Shown piece by piece: positions 32,178 to 42,512 of a DNA stretch of 64,000 bases. Position numbers and translations under genes: made by a program. Every line of letters begins with the position of its first letter. The first letter of the stretch is position 1. Where the stretch lies: NCBI GenBank assembly GCA_965238175.1, contig CBDEGZ010000003.1, forward strand, positions 640,001 to 704,000, given 5' to 3'. The notes below the pieces were generated by a model. The model was not told the DNA's origin and did no database searches. It was given only the letters and a program-made list of their open reading frames with translations. The stretch comes from Gammaproteobacteria bacterium. GTDB lineage: Bacteria > Pseudomonadota > Gammaproteobacteria > CAJXQU01.

Positions 32178-34148
32178 TCAAAAAAGCTCAATTTCAGACT
32201 CAAATTCATCCGCAACTTCCACCTCATTGACTTCCGTTTTCGTATATTGACTGGCAAGCATACGCAACATACTCGCAGTTTGAGATAAGTCACCACTATC
32301 GGACATTGTTTGACTCGCAGATTGTGATAGCTCTGCAGTCGCCATATTAATTTGGTTGATATTATCGTTAACTTGATTGGCTACAACACTTTGTGCGGCT
32401 GCGGAATCTGCCATATTGTTATTCAAGCTCGCAATAGAAGTTATGGAATTCGCCATCTCCGTTAATGACTTATCAGCTTGTTTTGCACGTTCCATACCCT
32501 TAGCTGCCTGCTCTCGACCACGATCCATAATATCAACAGCTTGATTAGTACCCTTTTGCAATTCTTCGATCGTGCTCTTGATTTCCCTTGTTGATTCAGT
32601 TGTCCTAAGTGAAAGTGATCGAACCTCATCTGCAACAACAGCGAAACCTCGGCCAGCTTCTCCTGCTCTGGCAGCTTCGATTGCGGCATTCAGCGCGAGC
32701 AAGTTAGTTTGATCTGCAATATCATTAATCATCGTAACAATAGAATCGATATTACGGCTATGCTCGTCTAGTAAGCGGACAGAGTCGTTTGCCTGATCAG
32801 CATTAACAGCCATTTTTTCCATGGATTTGATCACTTCATTGAAAACATCACTTCCAACAGCTGCCGTTTGCACGGCTTCGTTTGCACCATCAGACGCAGT
32901 TTGTGCATTTGCAGCAACACCCTCAATTGATATCGACATTGATCCGATTGCCGTTGCAATATGACTAATTTCATCTACTTGAGTCTGTATTGCTTTGGTC
33001 GTTTGATCTTTTGCATTTTGTGCTTTTACAGAAGATTCAATAATCTGATTAGAAGAGGTATTGATGGTCGCTAAAGTTTCTTCCAGTTTATCGACAATCT
33101 GATTAAACCAATGAGCAATATCATACATCTCATCTTTGACGATGATATCCAGCCGCTGAGTAAGCACACCATCACCTGTCGCGATTTCTCTCAACATAGA
33201 GATTATTTTACCTGTTGAATGGTTGACACTTTTTATCAAACTTATGGTAAATAGAATTATTATGAATGAAATGAGAGCTAGCACTCCATAAAACAATATA
33301 TGTGTATATGTCGTCGTCTCTTTATGGCCCTCCAATAACGCTATTTTTAGCTGGTTAGTTTGTGCGACGAGTTGGCTGAGTTTTGGTGCAATCTGGAGAA
33401 CGTCTTTTCGGAAAATAGTTGTTTTCTTTTCAATTTCTTTTGTGTTTTCTGTCAGCGCGTTGAATTTTCGAGCATAGCTATTTATCGCCTGACTTATTAT
33501 CGTTATAGAAATAGATTGTTGATGATCTGAACTACTCAATTGTTCTAGAAAATGCTTGTGTTCAGCATGTAATTTTTCGATATATTTATCTTGGTGACGT
33601 GCAATGAAATCTTTTTCATAACGACGCATCATCAACATTGAATTGCTTAAAGCAACGTTGCCATTATCAGAAAGTATCTTTTCAATTTCATGCACCGCAG
33701 CACGAAGCTCACCGAGTAATCCACTATTATGATCTAGACCATTGATAATTTTAAGTTGTGCAACTTCGTTAAACTTTTTGTTATATATTTTCACGAGTTC
33801 GTGAACATCAAGAACTAAAGCGCTATAACCTGGATCATCAAGCGATAATGACTCTAAATGTTTGAAATCTGCTTCTAATGAAGAAATAACTTCATCATGC
33901 ATTTTTAGATATTTAATATCATTTCTAAGCAAAAAATCTTTTTCTCGACGCCGAGCTTCTAATACTTCGATGTTGATCAAATGCACAGACTCATTGATTA
34001 GATCAAAATGATCATCAACTTTTTCAATCTTACCAGTAAGATAGTTAGTGTAGTGAAATGTTGCTGCTATGAATCCTATCCCTATAATGAACAGACTAAG
34101 TATCAGAATAAGCTTTTTCCTTATTGTGATATTTTTCACAAAATACAT
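32178..34148 (-). CDS. Methyl-accepting chemotaxis protein with HBM-like periplasmic domain
   Basis: Two TM; duplicated [16 protein letters not shown] modules; HAMP; [34 protein letters not shown]; C-terminal EIELF. Confidence 0.92.
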   Translation of the reverse strand: MYFVKNITIRKKLILILSLFIIGIGFIAATFHYTNYLTGKIEKVDDHFDLINESVHLINIEVLEARRREKDFLLRNDIKYLKMHDEVISSLEADFKHLESLSLDDPGYSALVLDVHELVKIYNKKFNEVAQLKIINGLDHNSGLLGELRAAVHEIEKILSDNGNVALSNSMLMMRRYEKDFIARHQDKYIEKLHAEHKHFLEQLSSSDHQQSISITIISQAINSYARKFNALTENTKEIEKKTTIFRKDVLQIAPKLSQLVAQTNQLKIALLEGHKETTTYTHILFYGVLALISFIIILFTISLIKSVNHSTGKIISMLREIATGDGVLTQRLDIIVKDEMYDIAHWFNQIVDKLEETLATINTSSNQIIESSVKAQNAKDQTTKAIQTQVDEISHIATAIGSMSISIEGVAANAQTASDGANEAVQTAAVGSDVFNEVIKSMEKMAVNADQANDSVRLLDEHSRNIDSIVTMINDIADQTNLLALNAAIEAARAGEAGRGFAVVADEVRSLSLRTTESTREIKSTIEELQKGTNQAVDIMDRGREQAAKGMERAKQADKSLTEMANSITSIASLNNNMADSAAAQSVVANQVNDNINQINMATAELSQSASQTMSDSGDLSQTASMLRMLASQYTKTEVNEVEVADEFESEIELF

Positions 34149-34214
34149 TGTTCTATTTCTCTAATGATCATACCGATACTAATCGACAGAATTGCAATTT
34201 TCTTTAAAGTTGGA

Positions 34215-34372
34215 CTAACCTCAGAACCGCTAAGGGCCTGTTGTTCATTTCGTGAGATATTGATACTGGCTTTCTTAGGCTGGAAGGTATAGGCAATCAA
34301 TTCGGCTAACAAACTCATCAGGCTCCGATGGCGAGTATGCTCTATTTGAGAGATGTTTTTAGGTTGGTCAAA
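34215..34372 (-). pseudogene. C-terminal remnant of an IS982-family transposase
   Basis: Hand translation DQPKNISQIEHTRHRS...LIAYTFQPKK matches the recalled IS982 C-terminal motif. Confidence 0.65.
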
Positions 34373-34568
34373 CAGTCTCCATTGATCTGGTTAATGCCCA
34401 ACTATCTTGCATTACTTGTATAGGTTGCTTTTTATTTAATATTGACTCGAATTCAACAAATCCATACCTTGCAGCAAAATAAATTCCTGGAATGATAAGT
34501 GCAATACACCTAAGAACCACAACTACACTATAAAGAATCGATAAGGTCAGCAACTGACCAACCTTCAA
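34368..34568 (-). pseudogene. Fragment of a membrane protein gene truncated by IS remnants
   Basis: LIIPGIYFAARY...SW.LT hydrophobic motif; bounded by IS982 and IS3 fragments. Confidence 0.4.
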
Positions 34569-34679
34569 AAATAGCTAATAGAATCAGTGGTTAATATATA
34601 AAAAGTGAACTTTCATAGTGTTGGTCGAACTGATCAATCAGCAAACATCACAAGTCGGTGAACACCATGAAAGCGCAAG

Positions 34680-35376
34680 TTAGAAAAGACAAATTGAACC
34701 GCCACATTGATGAGAAAAGCGAACGTGTTTGCCATCACACCTCGGAAAAGACATGACTACCCAAATACAGGCAAATCCCATATCAACGCAGAAAATATTC
34801 TTGAACGTCAGTTTTATCCGAAAACAATCAATACGCATTGGGTCGGTGACATCACCTATATTCGCACCCATCAAGACTGGAGTTATCTGGCCTGCCTACC
34901 TGATTTAACCTCAAAAGAAATTGTTGGCTGGGCGATGTCAAAACACCCCAATGCAGCATTAGCAAAGGGCGCATTGCGTCATACGATTCGAAGGCAACAA
35001 CCTGACACGAACCAATTACTTTTTCATTCGGAGCAGGGAGTACAGTATTCTGTTAACTAGTTTGTTGATTATCTCAACAAACTAGATATCACTCAGAGCA
35101 TGAATCGAAGAAGGAATTGTTGGGAGCAGCCTGCCCCACGAAGTGCTTTGGGCATAACAGTATCATGGAACGATTCTTCAGGAGTTTAAAAACAGAACGA
35201 TTGAATCAGTTAAGTTTTATCCAATCATATGGCTGCTGTTAGCACTGTCGAGAGTTCTCTCTATTTTATAACTACAAACGCTTACATTCTTCACTGGGCT
35301 ATATCACACCAGTACAGAAAATAGCAGAGTTGAAAAAAGTGGCTTAAATTTACTTCAAGATTACTTGATCATTACA
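34680..35376 (+). pseudogene. IS3-family transposase (OrfB) remnant with right end
   Basis: WVGDITYI.T...YLA, LLFHSEQGVQY, MERFFRSLKTE, YNYKRLHSSLGY.TP; internal stop and frameshifts; ends ...TTGATCATTACA. Confidence 0.85.
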
Positions 35377-35445
35377 CCCAGATAGTGACCCGTCTTTTTC
35401 GTGGATTCTATAAGATGACTTTAGACGCTAATGGACAAGGAAGCA

Positions 35446-35592
35446 ATAAAAAAGCCCACTAGAATGCGGGCTTATGGATGTTACTGAACTACAATTTGGT
35501 GCGACACCAAGAACCACGTAGAGCAATTAACTTATTGATAATTAATGGTTATGTTAATTATGTTTTTACGAGTTACCCGAATAGTTACCCGT
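35446..35592 (-). other. Putative attachment-site remnant (tRNA 3'-end-like fragment, terminator, arm-type repeats)
   Basis: Minus strand GGTGTCGCACCA, then the AAGCCCGC...GTGGGCTTTTTT hairpin; AGTTACCCG direct repeats at 35571 and 35583. Confidence 0.4.
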
Positions 35593-35705
35593 TTTCATCA
35601 ATGTCACCCACACAAAAAGCATGTTTTTTGTTCACCATTTTTAACACATGACCTTTAAGGAAGCTGTTTACTTAAAGAAGGGGATTTATTTGATCTCTAC
35701 TAATT

Positions 35706-36931
35706 TGTAGAAGTTTAGACCCAATCTGACACATCACTAAATCAAGCGGAGCGTAGCGACGCTTGATTTAGTGAGAGTTACCCGCTTTGATGTAACTGCA
35801 ACGTAAACATCAAAACACAAAGAGGTAACTCTCATGATTCATACTAATGACAAAGTTATAAAACATAAAGTTGGTCTACTCAATCTCGCTGAAGAACTCG
35901 GCAATGTCTCAAAAGCCTGCAAGATGATGGGTTTGTCCAGAGATACATTTTATCGCTACAAAGAAGCGGCTGATGAAGGCGGTGTAGAAGCCTTGTTTGA
36001 TCGTAATCGGCGTACCCCAAATCTTAAAAACAGAATCGACCCGGCTATTGAAACCGTTGTGCTCGAGTATGCACTGGAAGAGCCCGCACATGGTCAAACG
36101 CGCACCAGTAACGAGCTGCGCAAACGGGGAACATTTGTCTCACCCAGTGGCGTTCGTTGTATCTGGCTTCGTCATGGTCTTGCTTGCTTTAAAGATCGCC
36201 TGAAGGCATTGTCTGATAAGGTAGCTGGTGAAGGCTTGATCCTCACTGAGTCTCAAGTCGCGGCGATGGAACGCAAGAAAGACGACGATGAGGCTTGTGG
36301 CGAGATAGAGACGGCACACCCTGGTTATCTTGGCTCGCAAGATACTTACTATGTCGGTACTTTCAAAGGCATTGGTCGGGTTTATCAACAAACGTTTGTT
36401 GATACTTACAGCAAGGTCGCTCACGCGAAACTGTACCCGACTAAAACACCGATTACGGCAGCTGACATGCTCAATGACCGCGTCCTCCCATTCTACGAAG
36501 AACAACGTTTGCCTATGTTGCGCATTTTGACAGATAGAGGGACGGAGTATTGTGGGCGAGCTGACCAGCATGATTATCAGCTTTATATGGCGTTGAACAA
36601 TATCGAACACACCAAAACCAAGGTCAAATCACCTCAGACGAATGGTATTTGTGAGCGATTCCATAAGACGATCCTCAATGAGTTTTATCAAGTCGCTTTG
36701 CGTAAGAAAATTTACCAATCGATTGATGAACTGCAACTCGACCTTGACGAATGGTTGCTCAAATACAATACTCAACGAACTCACCAAGGCAAAATGTGCT
36801 GCGGGAGGACGCCGATGGAAACACTCATCGACGGACAAGCTATCTGGAAGGAAAAGTTTGTGAATTAAACTTAACCTGACAGTCGGTTACTGATAATTGG
36901 GTAACTGTCAGATCAAATCTGAATTTCTACA
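35706..36931 (+). mobile_element. IS481-family element, copy 3, with 7-bp target duplication
   Basis: ACTAATT at 35699-35705 and 36932-36938. Confidence 0.95.
35834..36868 (+). CDS. IS481-family transposase
   Basis: 344 aa HTH + rve. Confidence 0.95.
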   Translation: MIHTNDKVIKHKVGLLNLAEELGNVSKACKMMGLSRDTFYRYKEAADEGGVEALFDRNRRTPNLKNRIDPAIETVVLEYALEEPAHGQTRTSNELRKRGTFVSPSGVRCIWLRHGLACFKDRLKALSDKVAGEGLILTESQVAAMERKKDDDEACGEIETAHPGYLGSQDTYYVGTFKGIGRVYQQTFVDTYSKVAHAKLYPTKTPITAADMLNDRVLPFYEEQRLPMLRILTDRGTEYCGRADQHDYQLYMALNNIEHTKTKVKSPQTNGICERFHKTILNEFYQVALRKKIYQSIDELQLDLDEWLLKYNTQRTHQGKMCCGRTPMETLIDGQAIWKEKFVN

Positions 36932-36943
36932 ACTAATTTCTTA

Positions 36944-37498
36944 TTAAGTTCCTGCAAAACTTTCGGCAGTTGAATTAATTTCATGATGCGTCCTAAGAAC
37001 ATGTATGAGATCGAAATACATAATTCTCGTCTCCTCTTTTTTTCCCTTTTTTTCCATGTTTAAGAATCTAAACCCATTCTTTTCATAAAATTTTATGACA
37101 TTCTCTTCGTTATAAGCATCAACAACTAGAAACCTACAACCGGTCTTGTTACCAAAAGTAAACCAGCCTTTTAAATAATCGAGAATTTGAGTCCCTGAAC
37201 CTTTTCCATGTAAATCTTTATTAACTCCGAGCCTACCGATTTTAACCGCTGGTGAAGATGAATATCTTTTTCTTTTAGGAATTTTCTTTTTGACGCGTTC
37301 TCGTGCCGAACGGCCTGAGCAATCGCTCACTCGGATGGCATCATTAGAAAGGCTGAAAAAACCAAGAATTGTATCGTCATTCTTAGCGATATATGTGGCA
37401 GAAATTAGCTCACGGCTACCAAGTACCGAGTCTGTATGATAGAACTCGTCAAGATCAGAATCTCCACAAGTAAAGTCCGGTCGTTGCTCTTCTGGCAA
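36944..37498 (-). CDS. GNAT-family acetyltransferase (AtaT/TacT-like toxin); start uncertain
   Basis: FTCGD.DLDEF, PAVKIGRLGV....GKGSG, LVVDAYN, FYEKNGF. Confidence 0.8.
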   Translation of the reverse strand: MPEEQRPDFTCGDSDLDEFYHTDSVLGSRELISATYIAKNDDTILGFFSLSNDAIRVSDCSGRSARERVKKKIPKRKRYSSSPAVKIGRLGVNKDLHGKGSGTQILDYLKGWFTFGNKTGCRFLVVDAYNEENVIKFYEKNGFRFLNMEKKGKKEETRIMYFDLIHVLRTHHEINSTAESFAGT

Positions 37499-37511
37499 CA
37501 GCCGGACTAAA

Positions 37512-37667
37512 TCAAGCTTTCCTGACTTCGAATTTGTTGAAGTTATTTTTTATCCTCTCGTACTCTTCACGAGACACTTTGTTGGATTCATCAGCTTTCA
37601 TGGCTTCACTGAATCTTTTTGCATCTTCGCCTGTAAGCACGGGGATCTCTTTTACTGCTCGTGCCAT
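37512..37667 (-). CDS. 51-aa putative antitoxin upstream of the GNAT gene
   Basis: MARAVKEIPVLTGEDAKRFSEAMKADESNKVSREEYERIKNNFNKFEVRKA; RBS GAGAGG; below the ORF-track cutoff. Confidence 0.7.
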   Translation of the reverse strand: MARAVKEIPVLTGEDAKRFSEAMKADESNKVSREEYERIKNNFNKFEVRKA

Positions 37668-38003
37668 AGCTTTTTACCTCTCTCCAATGGTTATCGACAT
37701 GTCTTTGAGCGGCAAAACTTACAAAAAGTTTAATTATTATTTACTGACGCCCTAGTCAATAACTAGACGCATTGTATACAGGTAATGCTCAAAAGTTAAA
37801 TAACCTTGGCAAATACACCGTTTAGCCACTGTTAACAATCAACAAAAATAAGGCAATAAACATACCTATTGGTCGCAGTTTGAAGGTTTCTCATTGAACC
37901 CAACCTGAATTTCCTACTTTAAAAAAACCGTAAAAGGCCTATCCGTTATGTATATTTCAATACGCTGGAGGTAGTGAACCCTACAGTGAAAATTGCCTTT
38001 AAT

Positions 38004-39229
38004 TGTAGAAGTTTAGACCCAATCTGACACATCACTAAATCAAGCGGAGCGTAGCGACGCTTGATTTAGTGAGAGTTACCCGCTTTGATGTAACTGCAAC
38101 GTAAACATCAAAACACAAAGAGGTAACTCTCATGATTCATACTAATGACAAAGTTATAAAACATAAAGTTGGTCTACTCAATCTCGCTGAAGAACTCGGC
38201 AATGTCTCAAAAGCCTGCAAGATGATGGGTTTGTCCAGAGATACATTTTATCGCTACAAAGAAGCGGCTGATGAAGGCGGTGTAGAAGCCTTGTTTGATC
38301 GTAATCGGCGTACCCCAAATCTTAAAAACAGAATCGACCCGGCTATTGAAACCGTTGTGCTCGAGTATGCACTGGAAGAGCCCGCACATGGTCAAACGCG
38401 CACCAGTAACGAGCTGCGCAAACGGGGAACATTTGTCTCACCCAGTGGCGTTCGTTGTATCTGGCTTCGTCATGGTCTTGCTTGCTTTAAAGATCGCCTG
38501 AAGGCATTGTCTGATAAGGTAGCTGGTGAAGGCTTGATCCTCACTGAGTCTCAAGTCGCGGCGATGGAACGCAAAAAAGACGACGATGAGGCTTGTGGCG
38601 AGATAGAGACGGCACACCCTGGTTATCTTGGCTCGCAAGATACTTACTATGTCGGTACTTTCAAAGGCATTGGTCGGGTTTATCAACAAACGTTTGTTGA
38701 TACTTACAGCAAGGTCGCTCACGCGAAACTGTACCCGACTAAAACACCGATTACGGCAGCTGACATGCTCAATGACCGCGTCCTCCCATTCTACGAAGAA
38801 CAACGTTTGCCTATGTTGCGCATTTTGACAGATAGAGGGACGGAGTATTGTGGGCGAGCTGACCAGCATGATTATCAGCTTTATATGGCGTTGAACAATA
38901 TCGAACACACCAAAACCAAGGTCAAATCACCTCAGACGAATGGTATTTGTGAGCGATTCCATAAGACGATCCTCAATGAGTTTTATCAAGTCGCTTTGCG
39001 TAAGAAAATTTACCAATCGATTGATGAACTGCAACTCGACCTTGACGAATGGTTGCTCAAATACAATACTCAACGAACTCACCAAGGCAAAATGTGCTGC
39101 GGGAGGACGCCGATGGAAACACTCATCGACGGACAAGCTATCTGGAAGGAAAAGTTTGTGAATTAAACTTAACCTGACAGTCGGTTACTGATAATTGGGT
39201 AACTGTCAGATCAAATCTGAATTTCTACA
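38004..39229 (+). mobile_element. IS481-family element, copy 4
   Basis: Same IRs, 1226 bp; flanks CTTTAAT vs TTTCAAC (no TSD). Confidence 0.92.
38132..39166 (+). CDS. IS481-family transposase
   Basis: 344 aa HTH + rve. Confidence 0.95.
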   Translation: MIHTNDKVIKHKVGLLNLAEELGNVSKACKMMGLSRDTFYRYKEAADEGGVEALFDRNRRTPNLKNRIDPAIETVVLEYALEEPAHGQTRTSNELRKRGTFVSPSGVRCIWLRHGLACFKDRLKALSDKVAGEGLILTESQVAAMERKKDDDEACGEIETAHPGYLGSQDTYYVGTFKGIGRVYQQTFVDTYSKVAHAKLYPTKTPITAADMLNDRVLPFYEEQRLPMLRILTDRGTEYCGRADQHDYQLYMALNNIEHTKTKVKSPQTNGICERFHKTILNEFYQVALRKKIYQSIDELQLDLDEWLLKYNTQRTHQGKMCCGRTPMETLIDGQAIWKEKFVN

Positions 39230-39245
39230 TTTCAACTCATAAATC

Positions 39246-39276
39246 AGGCGCACCTCGTAAAGGTTGCGCCTTTTTT
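39246..39276 (+). terminator. Intrinsic terminator immediately outside IS copy 4
   Basis: AGGCGCA...TGCGCC stem followed by TTTTTT. Confidence 0.7.
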
Positions 39277-39301
39277 ATGCGTGTCTGTTTAAAGTGACAT
39301 A

Positions 39302-39494
39302 TAACCGTGATACTTGGAAATGCTTCTTTGCAGGAGCGACTATGCGCATCGTCGTGTCTAGCTAGCCCTGAATAAAAAGAATACATCGCTCTGGACAACA
39401 GCTCCTGCGTTGTTCTACCTACGTGCATCCTGCACTCGTACCAACGCCATCCCTGAAGTTGTCTAAAACGCGCATTTCCAAGTATCACGGGGAT
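39302..39494. mobile_element. ERIC-like MITE upstream of aroK
   Basis: Perfect 19-bp TIR CCGTGATACTTGGAAATGC (39305) / GCATTTCCAAGTATCACGG (39490). Confidence 0.8.
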
Positions 39495-39564
39495 AGAATT
39501 AACCAGATGCTCCTTAAGATAGAAATGTTATGATGTATGTAACGTAACTTTCTTCTTTAAACAA

Positions 39565-40089
39565 ATGCTTAAGAAAAATAATTTCTTTTTGATCGGCCCA
39601 ATGGGATCTGGTAAAACCACGATTGGTCGACAATTGGCACGTCGTATGAAGAAAACTTTTCACGATAGTGATCATGAAATTGAAGAGCATACGGGGGCAA
39701 GTATCTCACTGATCTTCGATATCGAAGGTGAAGAGGGATTTCGCATGCGTGAAAAAGCGATCATTGATGAATTAACCCAACAAGAAAATATAGTGCTTTC
39801 CACAGGTGGAGGCGTTATCTTAAACGTTGAAAATCGAAAGCTTCTCAAAAGTCGTGGAACTGTCATTTATTTACATGCATCCTTAAAAAAATTGTTCTAT
39901 CGCACTAGCAGAGACAAAAAGCGCCCCTTATTACAAACAGAAGATCCACGTGAGAAATTGCGACAAATAGTTGAAGAACGCGATCCACTTTATCGACAAA
40001 CAGCTGACTTGATTGTCGGAACAGAGGGCCGCACAGTACATCAGGTCGTTAGTTACATATTTCGAGAGGTTAGGACAAGCCAAAAATAG
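39565..40089 (+). CDS. aroK: Shikimate kinase
   Basis: GPMGSGKTT, DSD.EIE, EGEEGFR.RE, STGGG, RPLL. Confidence 0.96.
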   Translation: MLKKNNFFLIGPMGSGKTTIGRQLARRMKKTFHDSDHEIEEHTGASISLIFDIEGEEGFRMREKAIIDELTQQENIVLSTGGGVILNVENRKLLKSRGTVIYLHASLKKLFYRTSRDKKRPLLQTEDPREKLRQIVEERDPLYRQTADLIVGTEGRTVHQVVSYIFREVRTSQK

Positions 40090-40166
40090 GCGAGTCCGAA
40101 AGTAAAGAAAACAATGAAAAAATCCCAACAAAAAACAGACAATAAAAAAAACTCAGAAAAGAAACC

Positions 40167-41246
40167 ATGAAAGCCTTAACTGTCGAATTGGGAGAACGTT
40201 CCTACCCTATCTATATTGGACAAGATCTACTAGGTCGATCAGAACTATATAACCAGCATATTCGTGGGCAACAGATACTGATTGTCACCAATACCACGGT
40301 GGCTCCGTTGTATCTCGGCATCCTCGAAAAAGCGTTAGAATTATATTCTGTTGAATCGGTCATTTTGCCTGACGGTGAGGAATATAAAACTTTACAGACT
40401 CTGGATTTGATCATGACGGCATTACTGGAGAAAAGGTTAGATCGTAGTGTCACTTTGATTGCATTAGGGGGGGGGGTAATCGGTGATATGGCCGGTTTCG
40501 CTGCGGCATGTTACCAGCGTGGTGTTGATTTTATTCAAGTACCGACGACATTATTATCTCAAGTAGATTCATCCGTTGGAGGCAAAACAGCTGTTAATCA
40601 TCCTCTTGGCAAAAATATGATCGGTGCTTTTTACCAACCTCGTTGTGTGATCGCTGACATTGACACACTTAACACGCTCGATGATCAGCAATTGAGTGCA
40701 GGTCTGGCAGAGGTGATCAAATATGGCATGCTTGGAAATCAAACATTTTTTGAATGGCAAGAAAAGCACATGTCAGAACTTATTGATCGTAATTCGGAAA
40801 AGTTGATCTATGCCGTTGAGCAGTCCTGTCAAGACAAAGCGGATATTGTTGCAAAAGACGAACGTGAGTCAGGTGTCCGTGCATTACTCAATCTCGGACA
40901 TACATTTGGACATGCGATAGAAGCCGGCATGGGTTATGGAAAATGGCTACATGGTGAGGCTGTAGCAGCGGGAATGGTGATGGCAATGGACTTATCACAA
41001 CGTTCAGGGTGGGTTACTGAGCAGGATACACAACGGCTGATCAGTTTACTTGAAGCCGCTAATCTACCCACCAAAGCACCACAAGAACTCTCTGCGGAAA
41101 AAATGTTAGAACTAATGGCAGTAGATAAAAAAGCCTCGCAAGGAATGATCAGACTAGTCTTGGTAAAAGCAATTGGTGAGACTATTGTGGCTGCAGAGTA
41201 CGATCAAAAGTTGTTAATGAAAACTCTAAGCAGTTGTTGCGATTGA
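40167..41246 (+). CDS. aroB: 3-dehydroquinate synthase
   Basis: [46 protein letters not shown]. Confidence 0.97.
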   Translation: MKALTVELGERSYPIYIGQDLLGRSELYNQHIRGQQILIVTNTTVAPLYLGILEKALELYSVESVILPDGEEYKTLQTLDLIMTALLEKRLDRSVTLIALGGGVIGDMAGFAAACYQRGVDFIQVPTTLLSQVDSSVGGKTAVNHPLGKNMIGAFYQPRCVIADIDTLNTLDDQQLSAGLAEVIKYGMLGNQTFFEWQEKHMSELIDRNSEKLIYAVEQSCQDKADIVAKDERESGVRALLNLGHTFGHAIEAGMGYGKWLHGEAVAAGMVMAMDLSQRSGWVTEQDTQRLISLLEAANLPTKAPQELSAEKMLELMAVDKKASQGMIRLVLVKAIGETIVAAEYDQKLLMKTLSSCCD

Positions 41247-41265
41247 TAATGACCAACCAACGTCT

Positions 41266-42405
41266 GTGAACAAAATTCCTCTCGCGCCCTATGCTGCAAC
41301 GGATCAAAATTCCCGAGGTCGCATATATTCTGAAACAGATCCAGAATATCGCTCCTGCTACCAACGTGATCGTGACCGGATTGTCCACGCCTCAGCCTTT
41401 CGGAGACTGGAATATAAAACCCAAGTTTTCGTAAATCATGAGGGCGATATGTTCCGAACGCGACTGACACATTCGCTGGAAGTTGCCCAAATTGCTCGGA
41501 CAATTACCCGCGCATTAAACTTGAATGAAGACTTGGCTGAAGCAATTAGCCTGGCACATGATCTTGGTCATACTCCTTTTGGTCATGCCGGCCAGGACAC
41601 TTTGAATGCATGTATGAAAGGATACGGTGGTTTTGAGCATAATCTCCAGTCATTACGAATTGTGGATCAACTAGAAGAAAAATATGCTGGTTTTGATGGT
41701 TTAAACCTGACCCATGAAACTCGAGAAGGGATTCTTAAACACTGTAAGAAAAATAAGGCCAAAGAGTTAGGTGAGATAGGGCAGCGCTTCCTGAAAAAAG
41801 AGCAACCATCGTTAGAGGCACAACTGGTGAACATTGCCGATACGATTGCTTATAACAATCATGATGTAGACGATGGGTTACGTTCCGGGTTGATCACAGA
41901 AGAGCAACTTTGTGACACTGTTTTGTTTAAAGAGCACTATTTATATGTAAAAGAAACCTGGCCCGATCTTGATCAAAAACGCCAACGATATGAAACTATT
42001 CGAAGAATGATAAATGAGCTTACGATTGATTTAGTCACCACCAGTAAAGCCGCGATCACAAAAGCCGATCCACAAAATATAGATGATGTTCGTCAATGCG
42101 GAGAGGCTTTAATCCTGTTTAGTGAAAAAATGCGTAGGAAAAATCTAGAAATAAAACGTTTTTTGCGCGATCATCTCTACCATCATTACAAAGTCCATCG
42201 TATGACAGTTAGAGCAGATAACATCATCCGAGGATTATTTGGGGCATTTATTAATGATCCATTTTTATTACCCCACGATGTCAAACAACGCAGGCAAATT
42301 CGTGATGAAGATAAAATGCAATTAGCACGCCGGGTAGCAGATTATATTGCCGGTATGACGGATCGATATGCGATCGAAGAATTTGATCGAATTGTTGGTG
42401 GGTGA
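41266..42405 (+). CDS. dgt: dGTP triphosphohydrolase (HD domain)
   Basis: [49 protein letters not shown]. Confidence 0.93.
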   Translation: MNKIPLAPYAATDQNSRGRIYSETDPEYRSCYQRDRDRIVHASAFRRLEYKTQVFVNHEGDMFRTRLTHSLEVAQIARTITRALNLNEDLAEAISLAHDLGHTPFGHAGQDTLNACMKGYGGFEHNLQSLRIVDQLEEKYAGFDGLNLTHETREGILKHCKKNKAKELGEIGQRFLKKEQPSLEAQLVNIADTIAYNNHDVDDGLRSGLITEEQLCDTVLFKEHYLYVKETWPDLDQKRQRYETIRRMINELTIDLVTTSKAAITKADPQNIDDVRQCGEALILFSEKMRRKNLEIKRFLRDHLYHHYKVHRMTVRADNIIRGLFGAFINDPFLLPHDVKQRRQIRDEDKMQLARRVADYIAGMTDRYAIEEFDRIVGG

Positions 42406-42407
42406 AT

Positions 42408-42452
42408 ATACCCGTGCTACTTGAAACTGCAGGTTTCAAGTAGCACGGGTAT
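42408..42452. repeat. Collapsed ERIC-like palindrome
   Basis: ATACCCGTGCTACTTGAAAC-TGCAG-GTTTCAAGTAGCACGGGTAT. Confidence 0.8.
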
Positions 42453-42512
42453 TAGAGAAGGTGAATAAATAAAGAATGATGCTAATATCATATTCAGGTA
42501 TCAGTAGAGGGG

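Noticed and set aside
35490-35515. Intact tRNA gene
   Set aside because: Only a CCA-ending fragment; no D, anticodon or T arm
12192-39161. Small ORFs repeated four times inside IS481
   Set aside because: Alternative-frame or antisense shadows of the transposase, repeated only because the IS is
39237-39488. 83-aa ORF
   Set aside because: Lies almost entirely within a MITE and a terminator
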